DNA from: Solirubrobacterales bacterium
GTDB taxonomy: Bacteria; Actinomycetota; Thermoleophilia; Solirubrobacterales; 70-9
NCBI GenBank assembly: GCA_035266025.1
Contig: DATFOB010000009.1
Location: 454-64,453 of the forward strand
Length of the DNA stretch: 64,000 nucleotides
Reading direction: 5' to 3'
The position numbers and the translations under genes were made by a program. Shown here piece by piece: positions 1-8,613 of the stretch. How positions within the stretch are numbered: the stretch's first letter is position 1; each line of letters opens with the position of its first letter. Below the pieces are notes generated by a model, which was given only the letters and a program-made list of their open reading frames with translations, made no database searches and was not told the origin of the DNA.

Positions 1-310
1 TCATCCGCCAGATCGAAAGCCCGAAGAGGAGGCTGGCGGCGACCCAGGCGAAGATCGCCGCGGTGCGGCCGCCGTCGTGGTTGACGGGAATCCCGAAGAG
101 TTCGAAGAAGCCGCCCCAGAACTCGTAGTAGAAGGGGCCGTACTGGCTGAAGACGTCGTCGTAGAGGTGGCCGTGCTCGAGGAAAGAGCGGAGGGCGATC
201 AGCATGTAGCCCTCGTCGTCGTAGTTGGCGAAGCCGCTGAACATGCGCGGCTCCGCGATCAGCACCGTGACCACGGTCACCGCGGTGAAGGCCAGGGCCC
301 CGAGCGCCAT
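1..310 (-). CDS. Integral membrane protein, N-terminal part only (gene runs off the left edge of the window)
   Basis: This gene is absent from the ORF track because it has no stop in the window. My own reverse-strand translation in frame 2..310 gives M(310-308)ALGALAFTAVTVVTVLIAEPRMFSGFANYDDEGYMLIALRSFLEHGHLYDDVFSQYGPFYYEFWGGFFELFGIPVNHDGGRTAAIFAWVAASLLFGLSIWRM. The frame is open to the edge and has hydrophobic helices. The + ORF 77..475 looks like its antisense shadow. Confidence 0.5.
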   Translation of the reverse strand, partial: MALGALAFTAVTVVTVLIAEPRMFSGFANYDDEGYMLIALRSFLEHGHLYDDVFSQYGPFYYEFWGGFFELFGIPVNHDGGRTAAIFAWVAASLLFGLSIWRM

Positions 311-404
311 GCGCACCCCGGTCCGGCGCCAGATCCGTTCCAAATCCCCAACCAAGCGCGCAAGCGTATCGCCGCCGATTACAGAGGGTGGATTAGCTAC
401 CTTG

Positions 405-1853
405 GTGGCAGTGATTCGGGCAGTGGGGAAACTTGCGGTGCTCGTGCTCGCCATCTCGGCGTTCGCGAGCAGTAGCGCGCAGGCGCTGACCGCGCAGCGG
501 ATCGGCAGCTTCCAGCAGCCGATCTACGTCACCTCGGCCCCCGCCAACCCCGACCGCCTCTTCGTCGTCGAGCGCGAAGGCACGATCGTCGTCGTGGAAA
601 ACGGTGAAGTGAAACCGTTTGCGGACATCCGATCGGCCGTCTCCTGCTGCACCGGCGAGCGCGGCCTTCTCTCAATCGCCCTCGCGCCTGACTTCGCTCA
701 GAGCAATCGGCTCTATCTCTTCTACACGGGCGAAAAAGAACCCGGTGAGCTCCACGTCGCCGAAATGGTCGCTAATGGCGCCACCGCCCCGACCAGCAGC
801 CTTCGCGACGTGATCCCGCCGATCCCCCACAAAGCCAATTCGAACCACAACGGCGGCCAGCTGCAATTTGGTCGCGACGGCGCCCTCTACGCCTCGACCG
901 GAGATGGTGGCGGCAAAGACGACGAACTGCACAACGCACAGGACCCCTCGAGCCTGCTCGGCAAGATCCTCCGCATCGTCCCGGAGCCCGCCGCGACGGT
1001 CACGCCGACCATCTGGAGCCTCGGACTGCGCAACCCCTTCCGCTTCTCCTTTGACCGCCAGACCGGCGATCTCTGGATCGGCGACGTCGGCCAGGACAAA
1101 CGCGAGGAGGTCGATTTCGCGGCGGCACCCGCCATCGGCCAGAACGCCAACTTCGGCTGGAACTGTTTCGAGGGATCGCTGCCAGGCCCCGCCACCGACC
1201 CCGAGTGCTCATCCCCTCCCCTCGGCGGCTACGTCCTTCCGGTCTTCGAGTACGACAACCCGGAACCGGGGTGCGCGGCGATCATCGGCGGCTACGTCGC
1301 CCGCGACCCGGGGTTCGGCGAGGCCTTCGGGCGCTACCTCTACGGCGACAACTGTGTCGGCGATGTGCGCTCCCTCTCCCCGACGGCGCCGTTTGCGACC
1401 GACCGCTACGAGGGCGTCCACGTCGACGGTCTCGACTCCTTCGGCGAAGACTCCTGTGGCCGTCTCTACGCCGTCTCCCGCGCAGGGCCGCTCTTCCGCC
1501 TGCTCGGCTCCAGCACCACGACCTGCGGAGACAGCGACACGACGACGATCCCGACCCTCGCCGCCTCCCACATCGACGTCCGTGCCGCGACCCGCAAGGT
1601 GAAGCGCAACCGCCGAGCCTTCATCTCCGCCTGGGTCAGCCCCTGCAACGGCCGCCGCAGCGGCCAGGTGACGCTCTGGCGTGGCCGCCGCAACCTCGGC
1701 ACCCGCCGCCTCGATCAGGTCTGCTCGGCCCGCTTCCGGCCGCGGATCGGCCGCCGCTCCAGCTTCCGGGTGACGGTCAAGGCCGATCAGACCTTCGCCG
1801 GCGCGATCTCCCGCCGGCTGACGATCCGCCCGGTTCGCCACCTCAAGCGCTGA
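405..1853 (+). CDS. Secreted PQQ-dependent sugar (glucose/sorbosone) dehydrogenase family protein with an Arg-rich C-terminal domain
   Basis: Family motifs present: LFVVEREGTIVVVE, GERGLLSIALAPDF, HNGGQLQFGRDGALYASTGDGG, LLGKILRI, GLRNPFRFSFD..GDLWIGDVGQD..EEV and NFGWNCFEG. There is a signal-like segment VAVIRAVGKLAVLVLAISAFASSSAQA. The ORF opens at 225; I chose the GTG at 405 as start, which is uncertain. Confidence 0.85.
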   Translation: MAVIRAVGKLAVLVLAISAFASSSAQALTAQRIGSFQQPIYVTSAPANPDRLFVVEREGTIVVVENGEVKPFADIRSAVSCCTGERGLLSIALAPDFAQSNRLYLFYTGEKEPGELHVAEMVANGATAPTSSLRDVIPPIPHKANSNHNGGQLQFGRDGALYASTGDGGGKDDELHNAQDPSSLLGKILRIVPEPAATVTPTIWSLGLRNPFRFSFDRQTGDLWIGDVGQDKREEVDFAAAPAIGQNANFGWNCFEGSLPGPATDPECSSPPLGGYVLPVFEYDNPEPGCAAIIGGYVARDPGFGEAFGRYLYGDNCVGDVRSLSPTAPFATDRYEGVHVDGLDSFGEDSCGRLYAVSRAGPLFRLLGSSTTTCGDSDTTTIPTLAASHIDVRAATRKVKRNRRAFISAWVSPCNGRRSGQVTLWRGRRNLGTRRLDQVCSARFRPRIGRRSSFRVTVKADQTFAGAISRRLTIRPVRHLKR

Positions 1854-1881
1854 GGGGTCTCACACCCTCCGCGCGTTCTGC

Positions 1882-3003
1882 TCAGGGGCGGGCGCGGCCA
1901 CCGGTGATCGAGACGAAGGCTCGCCAGGCGGGCTTGGGGCGGAACTTCGGCCCGGCCCGGAAGAGGCCGACCGAGTCGCAGAAAGTGCAGGAGCCGGCCA
2001 CGTCCTTCCATGAGAACCAGTAGGAGGCCTTGAGGTTGAGGCGCCGGGCGTTTTCGAGCATGTAGCCGTAGGAGGCGCGCAGCTGCTGCACCTGGCCGCG
2101 GATCCCCTGCTCGAAGGCGACCTGCTGGAAGTTGTTCTGCGAGCCCCAGCCGAGCTCGCCGATGTAGAGCGCCGGCCGGTCGCGGTTTTCCCGCGCGACG
2201 TCGTGGAATTCCTCGGTCATTTCCTCCAGCTCTTCGCTGTCGACCGCGTAAGGGTGGAGGTCGATCCCGTCGAAACGGCTGCGCAGCCCCGGCACCGCGT
2301 AGAGGCGCTGCAGGTACGTGGTCGCCGGCATTCCCCGCTTGCCTTTGGCGGTCGGCTCGGCGAAGAAGCCGCCGAGGACGACTTTCGCCCCCGGGTCGAC
2401 GGCTTTGATCGCCTTGCTGGAGATCGTCACCAGCTTCGCGTACTGGGGCACGGAGACCGGGTAGGCGAAGTAGAAGAAGTTCGGCTCGTTCCAGATCTGC
2501 CACTCGCGGATCGGGACCGGAACCGAGATCGCCGGTTCGTAGTTGACGCCGATGCCGCCGTGCTGGGCCCAGAATTCGCCGCCGGGGCCGTAACGGGCGA
2601 CGGCGGCGCTGAGGAAGGCCGACCAGGCGCGTCGCTGCTTAGCGTTTGCCACCGGCAACGTCGTTTCCTTACGGGCGATCCAGCGAGGTGGCGAGACGAC
2701 CGAGGGGAAGACCCGCAGCCCCGCCCGGGCGGCAACTTCGACCATCCCGTCGAAGCCGCTCCAGTCGTAGGCGGCCTTCGGGCTCGGCTGCACCGCCGAC
2801 CAGAGCAGCGCCAGGCGGATGCTTTCGATCCCCCCGGCCCGCATGTAGCGGGCGTCCTGTTCGGTCAGTTCCGTCTGGGGAGCGATTCCGAAGAAGCCCT
2901 TCGGCGGCCGCGGCAGCGGCTTGGCGGCACCGGGCTGCCCGCCGAGGACGAGGGCGAGGAGGAGGCAGGCGAGGAGTGGAAGGGCGAGGAGGCGTCTTTT
3001 CAT
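1882..3003 (-). CDS. Secreted clan GH-A (GH5/GH39-like TIM-barrel) glycoside hydrolase-like protein
   Basis: Signal peptide MKRRLLALPLLACLLLALVLGG starts at the ATG at 3003; the track ORF extends to 3153 as an Arg-rich artefact. It carries an acid/base-type motif WQIWNEPNFFYF and a nucleophile-type motif YIGELGWGS. It is a paralogue of 4196..5281. Confidence 0.75.
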   Translation of the reverse strand: MKRRLLALPLLACLLLALVLGGQPGAAKPLPRPPKGFFGIAPQTELTEQDARYMRAGGIESIRLALLWSAVQPSPKAAYDWSGFDGMVEVAARAGLRVFPSVVSPPRWIARKETTLPVANAKQRRAWSAFLSAAVARYGPGGEFWAQHGGIGVNYEPAISVPVPIREWQIWNEPNFFYFAYPVSVPQYAKLVTISSKAIKAVDPGAKVVLGGFFAEPTAKGKRGMPATTYLQRLYAVPGLRSRFDGIDLHPYAVDSEELEEMTEEFHDVARENRDRPALYIGELGWGSQNNFQQVAFEQGIRGQVQQLRASYGYMLENARRLNLKASYWFSWKDVAGSCTFCDSVGLFRAGPKFRPKPAWRAFVSITGGRARP

Positions 3004-3037
3004 CGAGTCGGAAAGGTAGCGGGCAGATCGGCTCGGC

Positions 3038-3505
3038 TCAGTAGGTGCCGCCGAGCTTGCGGTGGTCCCAGGTTGCCGTCCGCAGCGGCGGGAAGCTGAT
3101 CGCCACCCGTTTCGGCGCCTGGGCTTCCAGCGCAGCCTTGGCGTCGCCCTCAACCGAGGAGATCCCCGCCGCGTAGCGCACGGTCAGCTCTTCTGCGAAC
3201 CCGAGGACAGTCTCGAAGTCGCGGTGGATCACCGCTTCGGACTCGACCATCGCCCCCCGCAGCTCGCTGTACTCATGGCCGGTCTCGATAAGGACGGTCG
3301 CCCGCGGGTCGCGTTCGAGGTTGCGGACCTTCTGCGACTTCGCGTACGTCCAGATCCAGACGACCCCCTCGCGGGGGACGAACCAGAGCGGCATCGAGTG
3401 CGGCCAGCCACGCGGGCCGAGGCTGGAGACGACCGCAACCCGCTCCTCCCCCAGCAGCTGCCGCATCTCCTCCTCGCTGAGCTTGATCTGGTCGCGCCGG
3501 CTCAC
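3038..3505 (-). CDS. Pyridoxamine 5'-phosphate oxidase family / PPOX-class (probably F420-dependent) protein
   Basis: The 155-aa product reads ..RVAVVSSLGPRGWPHSMPLWFVPREGVVWIWTYAKSQKVRNLERDPRATVLIE..ELRGAMVE.., which is typical of the split-barrel PPOX family. Confidence 0.8.
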   Translation of the reverse strand: MSRRDQIKLSEEEMRQLLGEERVAVVSSLGPRGWPHSMPLWFVPREGVVWIWTYAKSQKVRNLERDPRATVLIETGHEYSELRGAMVESEAVIHRDFETVLGFAEELTVRYAAGISSVEGDAKAALEAQAPKRVAISFPPLRTATWDHRKLGGTY

Positions 3506-3518
3506 CGCGAGGACTCTA

Positions 3519-3567
3519 GGGCGTGTCTGAGCTTGACCGTCATATATGACGGGAAAACTCAGACACG
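3519..3567. repeat. Nested palindromic repeat, family A, copy 1
   Basis: Sequence gggCGTGTCTGAG-cttga-CCGTCATATATGACGG-gaaaa-CTCAGACACG. The outer stem is 10 bp and the inner part is a perfect 16-nt palindrome. It differs from 54152..54200 at only 3 of 49 positions. Confidence 0.9.
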
Positions 3568-3585
3568 TCGTGAGACGATGGGTGG

Positions 3586-4215
3586 ATGAAGATCGCGATC
3601 CTGCTCTACGAGGGCTTCACCGCGCTCGACGCGATCGGGCCCTACGAGGTGCTGCGCTCCGTCCCGGGATGGGAGGTCGAGTTCGTCGCCAAGCAGCGCG
3701 GCGAGGTGCGCACCGACAGCGGCGTCGTAGGGCTGACCGCGGACCGCAGCCTTGAGGAGACCGGCGCACCGGAGATCCTCCTTGTCCCCGGCGGGAAGGG
3801 CAGCCGCCCAACGATGGAGGATCAAGAGACCCTCTCCTGGTTGCGGCACGTCGACGAGAGCACGAAGTGGACGACCTCGGTCTGCACGGGCTCGCTGCTG
3901 CTGGCCGCCGCCGGGCTGCTCGAGGGAAAACAGGCGACTGGCCACTGGGCCTGGCTCGAGCCGCTGCGGGATTTCGGCGCCGATCCGGTCGGTGGCCGCT
4001 ACGTCGAGGACGGCAAGGTGATCACCGCCGCCGGCGTCTCCGCCGGGATCGACATGGCGCTTTACCTGGTCGGCCGCGAGGTCGGCACCGAAGTCGCGCA
4101 GGCGATCCAGCTGGGAATCGAGTACGACCCCGACCCGCCCTTCGATGCGGGCTCGCCGCAGAAGGCGCCGCCGCAGATCGTCGAGCGGGTCAGCGCTATC
4201 TCGCGCGCTGAGTAA
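3586..4215 (+). CDS. DJ-1/PfpI (ThiJ) family protein
   Basis: MKIAILLYEGFTALDAIGPYEVL.., a nucleophile-elbow Cys in TSVCTGSLLLAAAGLL, and ..VITAAGVSAGIDMAL. Confidence 0.9.
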   Translation: MKIAILLYEGFTALDAIGPYEVLRSVPGWEVEFVAKQRGEVRTDSGVVGLTADRSLEETGAPEILLVPGGKGSRPTMEDQETLSWLRHVDESTKWTTSVCTGSLLLAAAGLLEGKQATGHWAWLEPLRDFGADPVGGRYVEDGKVITAAGVSAGIDMALYLVGREVGTEVAQAIQLGIEYDPDPPFDAGSPQKAPPQIVERVSAISRAE

Positions 4216-5281
4216 CGCCGACGAAGGCGTGCCAGGCCGGCTTCGGCTTGAAGCGGGCGCCGCTGCGGAAGAGCCCAGAGGAGTCGCAGAAGGCGCAACT
4301 GCCCTGCAGGTCCTTCCAGGTGAACCAGTCGACCTGCGCCAGCCGCAGGCGGCGGCGGTTGGAGAGCAGGTAGCCGAAGGCGCGGCGCAGTTCGCGCGCC
4401 TGCCCCTGCAGGCCGACCTCGAAGGCGACGAGGCGCGGGTTGTAGGCGCTGCCCCACCCCATCTCGGTGACGTAGAGGTCCGAGCGGCGGTCGCCGTGGC
4501 GCGCCATCGTCGCCCGCACGCCCTCGACCGCGGCCCGTAGCTCGCCGACATCGGCGGCGTAGGGATGGAGCGCGACGCCGTCGAAGCTCGCCTTCACCCC
4601 GGAGGAGCGGTAGAGCCGGTCGAGGAAGTCGACCGCGTCCATCGCCACCGGTGGCCCCTGCTTGGGGTTGGCGAAGAGGCCGCCGAGGATGACGTCGGCC
4701 CGCGGGTCGCCGCGCCGGATCGCGCGGTCGCTGATCTTGAGTAGCCGGGCGTAGCGCCCAGGCGAGACCGGCTTCGTGAAGTAGAAGAAGTTCTCCTCGT
4801 TCCAAATCTGCCAGGCGCGGACCGGAACCCGTGGCAGCGGTTCCTTGCTGCCTGGCCCGTGCTCGGCCCAGAACTCACCGCGGCGGCCATAACGCTCGAC
4901 TGCAGCCTCGACGAATTCCGCCCAGGCCCGCCGCTGGCGGCCGCTGAAGACCGGCATCCGCCGCGAGCTCCCCGTCGCCCAGCCGGGTGCTTCGGCGAGA
5001 ATCGGAAGGACTTCGAGCCGCTCCCTCGCCGCCCCGGCGACCGTCGCGTCAAACCCGGCCCAGTTGTAGCCGCCGCGGGGAGAAGGCTGGGTGCCCTTCC
5101 AGGAGAGCGGCATCCGGATCGTTTCCACCCCGCCGGCTCGCATCCGCGCCAGGTCCTCGCCGCCGATCCCGGTCTGCGGCACGATCCCGAAGAAGCCGCG
5201 GGAAACCGCCTGCGCGCTCGCGGGCACGAGCAGGGCGAAGATGACCAGGGACAGCGGAAGAAGAAGCCGAGTTCGTTGCAT
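4196..5281 (-). CDS. Secreted clan GH-A glycoside hydrolase-like protein (paralogue of 1882..3003)
   Basis: Signal peptide MQRTRLLLPLSLVIFALLVPASAQA, then WQIWNEENFFYF and YVTEMGWGS. The C-terminal motif SCAFCDSSGLFRSGARFKPKPAWHAF is shared with the paralogue. Its 3' end overlaps the convergent DJ-1 gene by 20 nt. Confidence 0.75.
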   Translation of the reverse strand: MQRTRLLLPLSLVIFALLVPASAQAVSRGFFGIVPQTGIGGEDLARMRAGGVETIRMPLSWKGTQPSPRGGYNWAGFDATVAGAARERLEVLPILAEAPGWATGSSRRMPVFSGRQRRAWAEFVEAAVERYGRRGEFWAEHGPGSKEPLPRVPVRAWQIWNEENFFYFTKPVSPGRYARLLKISDRAIRRGDPRADVILGGLFANPKQGPPVAMDAVDFLDRLYRSSGVKASFDGVALHPYAADVGELRAAVEGVRATMARHGDRRSDLYVTEMGWGSAYNPRLVAFEVGLQGQARELRRAFGYLLSNRRRLRLAQVDWFTWKDLQGSCAFCDSSGLFRSGARFKPKPAWHAFVGVTQRAR

Positions 5282-5328
5282 CTATGCAGAACCCGGCAAC
5301 AGTGCCCGAGTCGCGGCCGCCGCCCGCC

Positions 5329-5748
5329 TCAGAGCGTCCCCGGCTCGGCCAACCAGACGCTCTCGAAGCTGAGGCTGGTGTGCTCGAGGATCAGGTCGAA
5401 GTCGCGGTCGTAATGCAGGACGCCGCCGCCAGCCACGTGGGCACAGGCCGCGATCATCAGATCGGCAGGAGGCAGCCGATGGTGGCCGACCCGCGCGAGA
5501 TCGAACTGCGCCCGTAGTGCAGCGCGTTCGACGGCCTCGTTGATGGGAAAATGCGAAAGCCGCTCGAGACGCTGCATCTCTTCGCTGTGCTCTGCGGCGT
5601 CGAAGGCCGAAAACCCAGCCTCCAGGAGAAACGGCGAGCAGGTCGCGAGCGTCCCGTCGTCGATCCAGTCGAGGACGTCGTTCTCGCGATGCGGCGGGGC
5701 CTGATCCGCCAGCAGCCGCGACCAAGCGGAGTGGTCGAGGAGCAGCAA
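5329..5748 (-). CDS. PIN-domain toxin (VapC-like)
   Basis: (M)LLLDHSAW..FLLEAGFSA.. and C-terminal ADLMIAACAHVAGGGVLHYDRDFDLI match the PIN acidic-residue pattern. A TTG start at 5748 lies immediately after the upstream antitoxin stop. The track ORF's N-terminal extension was rejected. Confidence 0.7.
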   Translation of the reverse strand: MLLLDHSAWSRLLADQAPPHRENDVLDWIDDGTLATCSPFLLEAGFSAFDAAEHSEEMQRLERLSHFPINEAVERAALRAQFDLARVGHHRLPPADLMIAACAHVAGGGVLHYDRDFDLILEHTSLSFESVWLAEPGTL

Positions 5749-5749
5749 G

Positions 5750-6013
5750 CTACTCGGGATAGTCGGCTTCGAGCCCGAGGTACTTGACTTCTTCCGCCGC
5801 CTTGAGGTCGGGTCGCGGTCGATCAGGCGAACGTATCCACTCGATGATCTCCTTGCCTGCCTTCCGCGTCGCCTCGCTGCCCGGAGTCCTGAGCTCCCGA
5901 ATCTTGTCCTCAGCACCACGAATTACCAAGTCCGAGAAGTCCACCTTCTCTCCCCCCTGCACCCGGCGCAATTGGTCCAGGACTTCTTGCACAGGTTGCG
6001 TCTCGGTGATCAT
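5750..6013 (-). CDS. Small antitoxin-like protein upstream of the PIN toxin
   Basis: An 87-aa product from the ATG at 6013 (MITETQPVQEVLDQLRR...), directly abutting the PIN gene. I do not recognise the fold family; the call rests on position and size. Confidence 0.5.
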   Translation of the reverse strand: MITETQPVQEVLDQLRRVQGGEKVDFSDLVIRGAEDKIRELRTPGSEATRKAGKEIIEWIRSPDRPRPDLKAAEEVKYLGLEADYPE

Positions 6014-6071
6014 GTGGCGGGGCCGGGTGGTGGGCACGAGTGCAAGTGTAGCACGGTGCAACACCTTGCTC

Positions 6072-8450
6072 TTACCCGCCGGGAACCAGCTCCAGCTCTG
6101 CCCAGGGCCCCTCGCCGCACATCGGCTGCGTCCGCCCCTCCAGCCAGTCCGCCTGCAGGTCGTCGTAGTGGGGGCTGGCGGGATGGCCCGACTGGCCGGT
6201 GAACATCTGCCAGCGCGAGCGGTCGGGGTCGGTCGGGTCGGCAATCATTCGCCAGCTCGGGGCCCAGACGGCTTTGTAGGGGTCGTTCGGGTCGTAGGCG
6301 ATCTGGCTGACCGTCTCCTGGGCGCCGCCGGCGCGGAGGCGGCGGTTGAGGAGGCGGTCGAAGAGCGGGTTGGCGTCGCCGAGCGGATGCGGGAACTTGA
6401 GCTCGTGGACCTGGCCCCAGCGCCAGCACTCGGGGTCGGGGCCGAAGCGCTCGCCGAGATCGTCGAGCGCCCCCGACAGCGCCTCGAGTACGAGGCCGTC
6501 CCAGGGCCGCCCGATCAGCTCCTCGTCGCCTTCGGCCCAGAGCGCCATCAGGTGCGAGTGCCAGCGCCAAGGCGAGGTGACGTGGGAGAGGAAGCCGTTG
6601 TCGGCGCGGTCGAGCCAGCGCTCGCAGAGGTCGCGGTCGCCGATCGCGCAGCGCGCCACTTCGCGCCCCAGCCGCAGCAGGAACGCCTGGTAGATCGTCC
6701 CCGCAATCGAGTCCGGGCCGAGGCAGCCGTCCCAGCTGCGCAGCCGCTCCAAGGCGCTGCGCTCGCGCTGGCCCTTGGGGTGCAGACGGCTGAGGCGCGC
6801 CGCCGCCTCGACTCCGGGGAGCGAGTAGTTGTCGTTCTGGATCGCCTCGAAGCTCTCGAGGTCATGCTGCTCGCTCGCCTCGATCATTTCCTCGATCCGC
6901 TTGGCGCGGTAGCCGTCGAGCCAGTCGCTGGTGATGTGGTGCGGGTATGAGTCTCCGACGATCCGGTTGTTGGCGGTGATCACGTACCCGCACTCGGGGT
7001 CGACGACCTCGGGCAGCTCCTCGTAGGGCACCGTCCCCTCCCACTCGAACTCGCCGGTCCAGCCGGGCTTCGGCAGGTCCGGGCAGCCGCCGCGGCGGCG
7101 CGGCAGGCGGCCGATCAGCTTGTAACCGATCGAGCCGGAGCGATCCGCCCAGATCAGGTTGAGTGCGGGGGCGCTGTGCTGCTCCGACATCGCCAGCAAC
7201 TCGGTGCCCGAAGAGATCTCCATCTGCTCGAAGATGCCGGGGTAGGCCGCCGCTTCGTGGAGCGTCTGCCAGGCAAGCGACAGGGGCTCCCCCGAGTCGG
7301 CGCCGAGTGTCTCGTTGACGATCGGGCCGTGATGGGTGGAGCGAACCTCGAGCGTCACCGGCTCGGTGCGCCCCTTGACGACGATCTCCTCGCGGATGAT
7401 CTCCAGCGGCCGCCACTCGTCTTCGAAGAGGTAGCGGTCACCCTCGATCCGCTCGACGAAAAGGTCTTGGACATCAGCCATGACGTTGGTATAGGTCCAG
7501 CAGACGTCGTCGTTTTGACCGTAGGTGACCCCGGGCAGCCCGGGCAGCGATGCCCCGCGGACGAAGCGGCCGCCGTGGCGCAGCTCGATCTCGTACCAGA
7601 TGCCGGGCATGCTCGGGGAGAGGTGCGGGTCGCCGGCGATGAGGGGCGAGCCGGTCTTCGAGCGCGCGGCGGAGACGGCCCAGTTGTTGGAGCCCGAGGC
7701 CTCGGCGGCGAGGCCGAGGGAGCCCCGAACCCGGCCGATCTGCTCGACCAGCGGCATCCCTTCCCCGGTCCATGCTTCGAGAGATTTGGCGACCACGGGA
7801 TTCTCCGCCGGGTAGACCGGGTCGAGCCGAGCGGCAAGCTCGGGACCAAGCTCTCGGACCATGTCGGCCCGCAACAGCTCCCGCTCCCAGTTGGTCGAGA
7901 GGGCGAAGGCGAGCAGCTTGCCGAGGCTGAGGATGTCGACCGGTCGCCACGGCTTCCACTGCTGGCGCAGGACCTGCATCTCGAAGGGAAGGGCGCGAGC
8001 GTCGCGGGCTGCGGCGTTGACGCCGGCGCAGAAACGCTCGAGCTTCGCCCGCAGCTCTGGGTCCATAGCCGCTTCCTCGGCCTCAGCGATGCGCCGAATT
8101 CCCAGCGTCCGCATCAGCTTGTCGACCGCCAGCCCCTCCTCGCCGGCCATCTCCGATACCCGGCCCTCGACAACCCGCCGATAGAAGTCCATCTGCCAGA
8201 GTCGGTCCTGGCCGTGGCAGTAGCCCTGGGCGAAGAAGAGGTCCTCGCGGTCGGTGGCCTCGATATGGGGAACACCCCAGCGGTCGCGGCGAACGCTGAC
8301 CCGTTCGCGCAGCTCCGGGACCTCGATCGTGCCCTCGACCTGCGGCAGCGGCCGACGGGCGAGCCGGTGCCAGAGGACGGCAGCAGCGGAGGTCAACAGG
8401 CCGGTTCCAGCCGCTCCCGCAAAAAGACCAACTCGCGCCGCCCGTCGCAT
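6072..8450 (-). CDS. Penicillin acylase family (Ntn-hydrolase; AHL/aculeacin acylase-like) protein
   Basis: A 792-aa product with an N-terminal TM/signal segment, VRRDRWGVPHIEA, FAQGYCHGQDRLWQMD and the beta-subunit N-terminal nucleophile context GSNNWAVSAARSKTGSPLIAGDPH. Confidence 0.9.
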   Translation of the reverse strand: MRRAARVGLFAGAAGTGLLTSAAAVLWHRLARRPLPQVEGTIEVPELRERVSVRRDRWGVPHIEATDREDLFFAQGYCHGQDRLWQMDFYRRVVEGRVSEMAGEEGLAVDKLMRTLGIRRIAEAEEAAMDPELRAKLERFCAGVNAAARDARALPFEMQVLRQQWKPWRPVDILSLGKLLAFALSTNWERELLRADMVRELGPELAARLDPVYPAENPVVAKSLEAWTGEGMPLVEQIGRVRGSLGLAAEASGSNNWAVSAARSKTGSPLIAGDPHLSPSMPGIWYEIELRHGGRFVRGASLPGLPGVTYGQNDDVCWTYTNVMADVQDLFVERIEGDRYLFEDEWRPLEIIREEIVVKGRTEPVTLEVRSTHHGPIVNETLGADSGEPLSLAWQTLHEAAAYPGIFEQMEISSGTELLAMSEQHSAPALNLIWADRSGSIGYKLIGRLPRRRGGCPDLPKPGWTGEFEWEGTVPYEELPEVVDPECGYVITANNRIVGDSYPHHITSDWLDGYRAKRIEEMIEASEQHDLESFEAIQNDNYSLPGVEAAARLSRLHPKGQRERSALERLRSWDGCLGPDSIAGTIYQAFLLRLGREVARCAIGDRDLCERWLDRADNGFLSHVTSPWRWHSHLMALWAEGDEELIGRPWDGLVLEALSGALDDLGERFGPDPECWRWGQVHELKFPHPLGDANPLFDRLLNRRLRAGGAQETVSQIAYDPNDPYKAVWAPSWRMIADPTDPDRSRWQMFTGQSGHPASPHYDDLQADWLEGRTQPMCGEGPWAELELVPGG

Positions 8451-8613
8451 CGGACCAGCGTACTGGCTAAGCAGCCAGTACCTGGTCGACGGGCGAGGAT
8501 CTCGGCGGCGAAGCCGCTTAGCTTCCCGGCGCGCCGCATCACCTTTCGCACCTCGGGAACAGTCATCCGAGGGAATCCGTACTGAGCTTTGTCCTTCAGA
8601 TTCAATAGCTGCG

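Noticed and set aside
3519-3567. Repeat family A interpreted as ordinary Rho-independent terminators.
   Set aside because: Both intergenic copies lie between divergently transcribed genes where no transcript ends. They lack T-tracts, and the third copy is inside a coding sequence.
3546-3755. A 69-aa ORF starting at the ATG in the centre of repeat A copy 1 (MTGKLRHVV...).
   Set aside because: It overlaps the well-supported DJ-1/PfpI gene in another frame and has an Arg/Ala-rich, nonsense-like composition. Only its first codons are shared with the real DUF559 start, because both derive from the repeat.
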